Shown piece by piece: positions 56,910-64,000 of a DNA stretch of 64,000 bases. The position numbers and the translations under genes were made by a program. The DNA lies in contig QMMN01000009.1 in NCBI GenBank assembly GCA_003647275.1, positions 2,496-66,495 on the forward strand, given 5' to 3'. Each line of letters starts with the position of its first letter. The stretch's first letter is position 1. The DNA is from Deltaproteobacteria bacterium. GTDB taxonomy: Bacteria > Desulfobacterota > Desulfobacteria > Desulfobacterales > C00003060. Under the pieces are notes generated by a model. The model saw nothing but the letters and a program-made list of their open reading frames with translations. It had not been told where the DNA came from and did no database searches.

Positions 56910-57327
56910 AGAAAAGACCATCCTTTCCAACACATCTCCATCTCGCGTCTTTTCCTCCCCCTGGTGAAAATGATGCATTAACAGATACAGTGCGAGGCAT
57001 TTGCGTCATCCTTTTTCGTATTTATAAAAAAATGGTTTTGGTTTGAATGACCCTATATGTGCTATAATAATTTTATGAATACGCTATATATTGTTATTTT
57101 CGCCTTGACATGGCGTCGAAAATGTGTTTTTTGAGATAAGATTACTTTTCTTATCCAAAAAAATCAATGTTCCGTCCTTGAAAAATAATGCAGATTTCGG
57201 TATTAAATCCTTTGTGTTCATTTTTGGGGGGAGACGGAATATGCAGACGACGCTCGCACAGGACACAGAATCATATGTTCCCCGCCATATAAGTACCACA
57301 CATGATACTGCTTGCAAAAGGGGAAGC

Positions 57328-57882
57328 ATGAACGACAAAGAGAAAGTTATCGAACTGATAAAGGAAAGATCATTCCAAAAATCCGATACCGCATCTTTCC
57401 CCTTGTCTTCCGGAAAGATGAGCCACTATTACTTTAATATGAAAAAGATAACCATGGCCCCTGAGGGACAAGTGCTGATTGGGAGCCTTGTATTTGACAA
57501 AATTCAAGAATTAAACTTGAAACCTAAAGCTGTTGGTGGACTTACAATGGGTGCCGATCCCATTGCTGTTGCTACTGCGTTTACATCTTTCCTCAGAAAA
57601 AACCCCATAGAGGCCTTTGTGATAAGAAAAAAGCCTAAACCACACGGATTGGGGCTTCAAATAGAAGGAAGTGTAGAAAAAAATGATAGCGTGATCATTG
57701 TTGATGATGTTGTGACGACTGGAAAGTCCACTATAAAAGCCATAAAAATCGCGAGAGAGCACGAATTAGAAGTTTTAGCGGCAATCGTTTTGCTTGACCG
57801 ATGTGAAGAAAATGGGAAAGAGAACATAGAGGCGCAAGGAGTCCCCTTACACGCAATATTGACTATTCAAGATTTCCTATAA
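57328..57882 (+). CDS. pyrE: Orotate phosphoribosyltransferase
   Basis: LSSGKMSHYY, GGLTMGADP, RKKPKPHG, PRPP loop VDDVVTTGKS. Confidence 0.92.
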   Translation: MNDKEKVIELIKERSFQKSDTASFPLSSGKMSHYYFNMKKITMAPEGQVLIGSLVFDKIQELNLKPKAVGGLTMGADPIAVATAFTSFLRKNPIEAFVIRKKPKPHGLGLQIEGSVEKNDSVIIVDDVVTTGKSTIKAIKIAREHELEVLAAIVLLDRCEENGKENIEAQGVPLHAILTIQDFL

Positions 57883-58065
57883 ATTGATTCTTTTCCACGA
57901 TTTCTTATTGTTTTTTTGCTTAGCTCTCCATCTTTCCGCAAGTCTTTATTCCCTCAAGTGACGACACGTGATCTGCGATACCCGCTTCCATCACTGGTGT
58001 TACCCGCAGGGTTCAATAAATACAGTCAGAATATGGTATCCCTTAGCTCCTGTGGGTGGAACAGC

Positions 58066-58103
58066 TTGAACTGCAAAAGCGAAGCGCATTCCCCGCAGCT
58101 TGC
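58066..58103 (+). repeat. Palindromic repeat family copy F (partial)
   Basis: ttgaactgcaaaagcgaagcgcattccccgcagcttgc. Confidence 0.75.
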
Positions 58104-58196
58104 GCCGTAGAATCGTTCCTTTGGAATCAATATGATGATACAACCTACAACCCGATTAAGGAACTTGAGATGAGTTGCTTATCACCAGAGACATAA

Positions 58197-58296
58197 TAGA
58201 AGCTCCTTGCAGCAAGCCCTGTTGAACCGAAAAGCGAGCGCTAACCCCGCAGATTCTGCCTGACGGCAGTGCTTCGCGGGCTGCAGGGAGCTTCTA
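58197..58296 (+). repeat. Palindromic repeat family copy G (composite)
   Basis: tagaagctccttgcagc...ttgaaccgaaaagcgagcgc..ctgcctgacggcag..gctgcagggagcttcta. Confidence 0.85.
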
Positions 58297-58752
58297 TTAA
58301 ACCAGGGTCAAGCAAATACAGGCTGTTGCCCAAATCGCCCTGACCCAGATGTCGGTGGTCTCTTGTTGCTTTTAAGCCCCACCAGATAACAAGGCCACCT
58401 TCTTTTCATCTGCGAGACCCTTTTTAGTCAAGATCCATGCAATCCCTATAGATAGGGGTTGAATTTGTCGGGCGATGATATTAAACAAGACAGCTTAATA
58501 AACAAAAAAACCCCCACTGAACTGGAAGAAGCCCTGTTTTGCGTGTCCAGTGGAGGCTCTTTGGGCAAAGAAAACCGTGGTCGGCACTCCTTGCCAGTAT
58601 TCTCCTGTATCAAGCTCGTTCCAATTGGTCAACAGCAAACTTAAACAGGCTTTTGGGGACCTCGCTGGGCAAACAAAGTGACCAACCTTGTTAGAAGAAT
58701 TCTTGGACGACCGAAAGTCCACAGGCCGTTAAATCAAGGAGGTAACCAACCC

Positions 58753-60108
58753 ATGAAACATGATCGTACTTACACAGAAACTGCAGGCCTTGTCTGGATG
58801 GCCCTCTGTTGTCTTGTTTGGGCCTTGCTCGGCTGGCCCTGGCCCTGTCAAGCCGAAGAACCCAGCCAGACCTTTACCTTAAAATCGAGTATTGAATATG
58901 CTCTTAAGCATAACACGCAGGTCCTTACCTCCAAAGAAGAAGTCGTGACGGCCGAGGCAAACAAGAAAAAACAGTTCTCAGAATTTCTGCCCAAACTAAG
59001 CGCTAATTACACATACAAGCGGTTGGACGAAGAGAAAAAGGGCTCCACTGGTGCTGTCACAAGCCCAGAGAATTTGTACAGCTTTACGGCAACCCTTGAT
59101 CAACCCATCTTCTCGGGCTTTTCTATATGGACCGAATATCAAATCTCTGCCTTGGGCCTCGATGTGGCAAAACTCCTCGAACAGCAAGCCCGCCAGGATC
59201 TCGTCTTGAAGGTCAAGAGGGCCTACTTTGAGCTTCTTCAAATGGAAAAGCTCGAAAAGGTTGCCCAACAGGCTGTAACCCAGCTGACAGCCCATGCTGC
59301 GGTCGCCAGGAATTTTTATGAAGTCGGGATGATACCCAGAAACGATCTCCTCAAGGCAGAGGTGGAACTGGCCAATGCCAAGCAAGACCTTGTCGTGGCA
59401 AAGAATAACGTTCAAGTGGCAAAATCTCGATTCAATACCCTCCTTAAACGTCCTATTGATGCCCCTGTGGCCATAGAAGATGTGATGACTTATGAGCCTT
59501 TCACCCAGGCATATCAAGATTGTGTCGAAACAGCCCTGAAACAAAGATCCGAGATAAAAATTGCCGATCTTGAGGTGGAGACAGCGGAAAAGAACGTGAA
59601 ATTGACCCAAAAGGGTTACTATCCGTCAATAGACCTTCAGGGAAACTATTATAAAAAGGGCGACAACCCGGGGGTGGACGGAGGAGACGGCATCGCCGAT
59701 AGGGACGAATGGGATGTTGTGGCCACGGCTTCATGGACCTTCTGGGAGTGGGGAAAGACCCGGTACAGAGTTAAGGAAAAATTGAGTCGGCTGGCACAGG
59801 CGAGGTACAACAAGACAGAGATTAGGGACCAGATCCGGCAGGAGGTGAAAGAGGCCTATCTTAGGGTGAAAGAATCAGAACAAAACATCCTGACGGTGCA
59901 AAAGGCTGTGGAACAGGCCCGAGAAAATTTTAGGATAAGCGAAGAACGGTATAAGGAACAAGTCGCGACATCCACCGAGGTTCTAGACGCCCAGACCCTT
60001 CTCACAAAGACCCAGACCAACCATTTCAATGCCTTGAGCAGGTTTCACATATCAAAGGCAGAGCTTGACAGGGCAATGGGGCTTAAGGTCACGCTGATCC
60101 AGCCGTAG
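58753..60108 (+). CDS. TolC-family outer membrane efflux protein
   Basis: Signal peptide, FLPKLS, QPIFSG, YYPSIDL, YKEQVATSTEVLDAQ; aaggagg RBS. Confidence 0.9.
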   Translation: MKHDRTYTETAGLVWMALCCLVWALLGWPWPCQAEEPSQTFTLKSSIEYALKHNTQVLTSKEEVVTAEANKKKQFSEFLPKLSANYTYKRLDEEKKGSTGAVTSPENLYSFTATLDQPIFSGFSIWTEYQISALGLDVAKLLEQQARQDLVLKVKRAYFELLQMEKLEKVAQQAVTQLTAHAAVARNFYEVGMIPRNDLLKAEVELANAKQDLVVAKNNVQVAKSRFNTLLKRPIDAPVAIEDVMTYEPFTQAYQDCVETALKQRSEIKIADLEVETAEKNVKLTQKGYYPSIDLQGNYYKKGDNPGVDGGDGIADRDEWDVVATASWTFWEWGKTRYRVKEKLSRLAQARYNKTEIRDQIRQEVKEAYLRVKESEQNILTVQKAVEQARENFRISEERYKEQVATSTEVLDAQTLLTKTQTNHFNALSRFHISKAELDRAMGLKVTLIQP

Positions 60109-60421
60109 GAAGAGAAAGATGGGGTACACGTTGTTCGATCAGATCACCGAGCGGCCGCTTGCCCTGAAAAGCCCCCTTTCATAAGGTCAGGCATTGTAAT
60201 CTTTCCAATTTATGATATATTAAACAAAAAACACCGTTGCTAATGATCGTATGTTTTCGATCTGATTTTGCTGTTTACTACGTTAAACAGGCTTTTCAAC
60301 TGCAACACGACCATTCATGCTTTTACAAAGCTGGTCTCGCGGTGCGCAGGAGACCCATCTGGTGAAAAAGGTACCAGCCGACAGGCTCCAGCCATTTCAC
60401 AAAATCAGCGATGGAGGGTTC

Positions 60422-61780
60422 ATGAGACAATTAGTAAGACGACACAAGGCAATCCTTGGGGGACTGCTGCTTTTCTCAGCCATGCTTTGGGTGAGCATCA
60501 GCGGGGTTCATCAACACCTGTTGGCCGGTACGGATAAGACCTATGAAGAGCTTAAGGTTTTTAGTGACGTTCTTGATATCATAGAAAAAAACTACGTGGA
60601 CCCAGTAGACTCAAAAAAGCTCATCCAGGGTGCAATCCGCGGGATGATAAGCTCTCTTGATCCCCACTCTGCGTTTTTGTTGCCCCAATCATTCAAAGAA
60701 CTTCAGATAGAAACCAAGGGGGAGTTCAGCGGCATTGGTATTGTAATTACCATACAAGACAACGTGGTTACGGTTGTCTCTCCGATCGAGGACTCACCGG
60801 CCTACAAGGCAGGCATAAAGGCTGGGGATCAAATCATCAAGGTAGACGGGGAAGAGACCCAGAACATGATGTTGTGGGAAGCCGTCAAGAAGATGCGCGG
60901 GAAAAAGGGCACCTCCGTGGTCATTACGATCAGGCGAAAAGGACAACCCGAGCCCATGGATTTCACCATTGTTCGGGACATCATCCCCCTGGAGAGTGTG
61001 CGGTCCCATCTGCTCCGTCCCGGCTACGGCTACGTTCGGATTACGAACTTCAGGGAGAATACCGCTGATGATGTGAACAAGGCCTTAAGGCGTCTGGAAT
61101 CCGACGAAACACCTTTGAAAGGACTGATTTTGGACCTTCGTGATAACCCCGGGGGCCTCCTCGATCAAGCAGTCAAGGTGGCTGACATCTTTTTGGACAA
61201 AGGGAAAATTGTTTCGATCAAGGGAAGGGTAAAGGCCCACTCAAAGGTCTACACGGCTCATCCTGATAAGGATAAACACCCGTATCCCCTTGTGCTCCTG
61301 ATCAATGCGGGGAGCGCAAGCGCATCAGAGATCGTGGCCGGGGCGTTGCAGGATCACGGCCGTGCCTTGGTGCTAGGGACAAGCTCGTTTGGAAAGGGAT
61401 CGGTTCAAACGGTAGAGCCGCTACGCGATGGCTCTGGCTTGAAACTCACCATCGCCCGGTATTACACCCCAAAGGGTCACGCAATACAGACTCGAGGGAT
61501 TGTGCCGGATATCGTGGTTGAGCAAAGAGTTCTCTCAGAGAGTGAAGACAAAAAACACCCGCGTATGAAGGAAAAGGACCTGAAAAACCATATTTCAGCT
61601 AAACCCCAAGAGGGCCTGTCCGAGGAGATGAAAGAGGAGATCCGACAAAGAAAAGGCGTGAAAATGCCTGGTGAAGCGCCTCTAGATGCCGTACAACGAC
61701 TCGTTACAAAGGATTATCAGGTTCGAACCGCACTTGACATTCTGACTAGCTGGCAATTCTTTTCCAAGATGTCCCACTGA
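60422..61780 (+). CDS. ctpA: Carboxyl-terminal processing protease (S41, PDZ)
   Basis: LDPHS, GIGI PDZ, LDLRDNPGG, SASASEI, GKGSVQ. Confidence 0.93.
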   Translation: MRQLVRRHKAILGGLLLFSAMLWVSISGVHQHLLAGTDKTYEELKVFSDVLDIIEKNYVDPVDSKKLIQGAIRGMISSLDPHSAFLLPQSFKELQIETKGEFSGIGIVITIQDNVVTVVSPIEDSPAYKAGIKAGDQIIKVDGEETQNMMLWEAVKKMRGKKGTSVVITIRRKGQPEPMDFTIVRDIIPLESVRSHLLRPGYGYVRITNFRENTADDVNKALRRLESDETPLKGLILDLRDNPGGLLDQAVKVADIFLDKGKIVSIKGRVKAHSKVYTAHPDKDKHPYPLVLLINAGSASASEIVAGALQDHGRALVLGTSSFGKGSVQTVEPLRDGSGLKLTIARYYTPKGHAIQTRGIVPDIVVEQRVLSESEDKKHPRMKEKDLKNHISAKPQEGLSEEMKEEIRQRKGVKMPGEAPLDAVQRLVTKDYQVRTALDILTSWQFFSKMSH

Positions 61781-61789
61781 ACCGAGACC

Positions 61790-63007
61790 ATGGTGAGTCG
61801 GACAAAGACCTCGACCAAGAAGCGGCGGCACACCACCCAGAAAAAAGCCGCACAAAAAAAGATCCAAAAGGGACTTGTTCTGGCGGGCCTCGTCGTCTTG
61901 GTCGGACTCTTTGGCTATGGGCTGTATTGGCTCCGTACCACAAAAACCCTGCCTCCGCATTCATTGCCCCCTTTTGAGACCTTTCCCTCTCGGGGGATAG
62001 AAACCAACATCAAAGAGATAGATCGGTGCATTTATGATGCGCTGTTGGCCTTGAAAATCCCCGCTGACGACGTCACATTCAAGTTAGTCCAATCCAGGGG
62101 GGACGATGCAGAGCCCTGGACCTTTTCAGAGATGGAGATATATCTTCGAAAACCCCTATCGCCTAGCAATATTAGAGAGGCTTTTCTCGGTCGGTTCTCT
62201 GGACGCATACCCAAAAGAGCCATCCGGTTTACCTCGGGACCGCAACAGGAAGTCATCCTTGATCTGTCTATCAACGGACATCACACCCATCGCCTTGTCT
62301 TTTTGAAGATCAAAGAAAAGAAGCCTGCTGTGGTGCCCCAAGCTTCACCTCCCAGGGTTGCGATCATCATTGATGACTTGGGATATGATGAAGAAATCGC
62401 TTCAAAATTTTTGGATCTTGAAGGTGTGATGTCCTTTTCCGTGCTTCCGCACAGCCCGTTTCAAAAAAGTATTGCCACTGCGATCCACCAAAGCGGCCGT
62501 GATGTCCTTGTCCACCTTCCCATGGAGCCTTTGGCCTATCCTGAAGTCGATCCAGGGGCCGGAGCTCTTCTTTCCTCCATGACGCCAGACGAACTCCTGC
62601 ATCAAGTTCGAAAAGATCTGGATGCCGTCCCTTTTGCAGTCGGTGTAAATAACCATATGGGCTCCAGGCTCACCCAAGACTCGGCGAAAATGCGCCAGAT
62701 ATTTACCATCCTGAAAAAACGGAACCTGTTTTTCGTAGACAGCCTTACGAGCCCCCGATCTTGTTGCAGGCAGGCAGCCCACCTGCTAATGCTGAAATTC
62801 GCCCAAAGGCACGTGTTCCTGGACCACATCCAGGATGCAAATGCAATCCGCTTCCAGATAAATCGACTGATCAGTATAGCCAAGAAACAGGGCCAAGCCA
62901 TTGGAATAGGGCACCCTTATCCTACCACATGGGAAGTGCTTAACGAGGCGCTACCCAATATTAAGAACGAGGTTCATTTTGTCAGGGTTTCTGAACTTGT
63001 GGGATAG
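61790..63007 (+). CDS. Divergent polysaccharide deacetylase (YibQ-like), membrane-anchored
   Basis: IIIDDLG, HLPMEP, NNHMGS, FVDSLT, IGHP. Confidence 0.9.
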   Translation: MVSRTKTSTKKRRHTTQKKAAQKKIQKGLVLAGLVVLVGLFGYGLYWLRTTKTLPPHSLPPFETFPSRGIETNIKEIDRCIYDALLALKIPADDVTFKLVQSRGDDAEPWTFSEMEIYLRKPLSPSNIREAFLGRFSGRIPKRAIRFTSGPQQEVILDLSINGHHTHRLVFLKIKEKKPAVVPQASPPRVAIIIDDLGYDEEIASKFLDLEGVMSFSVLPHSPFQKSIATAIHQSGRDVLVHLPMEPLAYPEVDPGAGALLSSMTPDELLHQVRKDLDAVPFAVGVNNHMGSRLTQDSAKMRQIFTILKKRNLFFVDSLTSPRSCCRQAAHLLMLKFAQRHVFLDHIQDANAIRFQINRLISIAKKQGQAIGIGHPYPTTWEVLNEALPNIKNEVHFVRVSELVG

Positions 63008-63068
63008 AGGCAAAGGCCTCTGTTCAACAGGAATGATCTGCAGGATGGGGATTCGCCTTCAATTTGTT

Positions 63069-64000
63069 TTACACTTTTCCTGGCATCGCCTTGTGAGCAA
63101 CGGCATCCATTAGTTTCTGAAAAGAGACACGGAAGGCTTCTACCCCTTCCTGCTGGGTCTCGTCACAGACCTTGTTTAAATCAATTTGTTGCCTCTGTAA
63201 CATAATATCCAGGTCTTGTCTTGCTTTGTCCAAATCTTCTTCTATCGTTAACCTGGGCGTGCCATGGTCCAAAAAGGCCTCAAGTGTACTGTGGGGCAGG
63301 GTGTTGATGGTATCCTTACCGATCAATTCGTCCACATATTTGACGTCGCTGTACTCGGGATTTTTTGTACTGGTGCTTCCCCAGAGCACGCGCTGTATAT
63401 GCCCTCCTTTTGAAGCTAGGTCACCAAAGATGCCATTATAAAACAGTGCCTTAAATTTTTGGTAAATCATTTTGGCGTTTGCCACAGCGATCTTACCTTT
63501 AAGCCCGTCTATCTTGAGACCCTCTAGCATCTTATCAACCTTTGTATCGATCCTGCTCACAAACACACTGGCAACCGAACAGACCCGATCTATGGAATTT
63601 CCGTCGCCAAGTCTTTCTCTCAGGCCATCTACATAAGCCCTGGCACTTGCCTCATAATGCTTTAAGGAAAAAAGAAGGGTGACATTGACGTTGATACCTT
63701 CTCGCGTAAGGACCCTAATGGCTTCGCATCCCTCCTCTGTGCCAGGGACCTTAATCATCAGGTTGGGTCTGGCAACCTGCTTGTGGATCGTTTTGGCATG
63801 GTCAATCGTCTTCTTGGCATCATAGGCGTAATCAGGGTGCACCTCAAGGCTCACATAACCATCCTTCCCCTCGGTCGTTTCATAGGTATCATACAGCAGG
63901 TCTGCAGCAGATTGAATATCCTGAATCGTAATCAAATCGCAGATTTCTTCAGGGGATTTGCCTGCCTCCGCCAGTTCTTTTATCGCAGCATCATACACGG
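63069..64000 (-). CDS. tal: Transaldolase, 5' end outside window
   Basis: DGYVSLEV, NLMIKVPGT (catalytic Lys), NVTLLFS, ASVFVSRID, LWGSTSTKNP. Confidence 0.92.
   Translation of the reverse strand, partial: VYDAAIKELAEAGKSPEEICDLITIQDIQSAADLLYDTYETTEGKDGYVSLEVHPDYAYDAKKTIDHAKTIHKQVARPNLMIKVPGTEEGCEAIRVLTREGINVNVTLLFSLKHYEASARAYVDGLRERLGDGNSIDRVCSVASVFVSRIDTKVDKMLEGLKIDGLKGKIAVANAKMIYQKFKALFYNGIFGDLASKGGHIQRVLWGSTSTKNPEYSDVKYVDELIGKDTINTLPHSTLEAFLDHGTPRLTIEEDLDKARQDLDIMLQRQQIDLNKVCDETQQEGVEAFRVSFQKLMDAVAHKAMPGKV

Noticed and set aside
57000-57900. AT-rich pyrE region as a genomic island
   Set aside because: Only one ordinary housekeeping gene, with no integrase, att site or other cargo.
17770-58296. 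Repeat family as a CRISPR array or tRNA fragments
   Set aside because: Copies are dispersed, vary in length, lack spacers and have no cloverleaf.
58595-58610. Possible sigma54 promoter near the tolC-like gene (ggcactccttgc, about 58583-58594)
   Set aside because: GG-to-GC spacing is 8 nt, not the required 10.

Overview
Chromosomal window of a Desulfobacterota (deltaproteobacterial, sulfate-reducer-like) genome; no rRNA, tRNA or CRISPR array was seen. The centre (28.1-46.9 kb) is a divergent locus. On the minus strand is ccmABCDEF (Cys-type CcmE). On the plus strand is an operon of NHL/YVTN beta-propellers, a large beta-barrel, three CsgG-like lipoproteins, a SurA-type PPIase, a 26-heme and a 16-heme cytochrome c; this architecture is associated with extracellular/direct interspecies electron transfer. 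Around it lie housekeeping genes (MrfA-like helicase-exonuclease, korAB, polA, slyD, tupABC, ftsH, pyrE, tolC-like, ctpA, transaldolase), a cecR-ybhGFSR efflux cassette bracketed by a 25-bp inverted repeat, an AT-richer divergent nadE + DUF1152 pair, a radical SAM + CDP-archaeol-synthase-like pair, several gene relics and a multi-copy palindromic repeat family. The least explained signal is a 43-codon frame directly upstream of a TauE exporter with four in-frame TGA codons (one tandem), a candidate selenocysteine-rich peptide missed by the ORF track. All family assignments are from motif recognition, not database searches.
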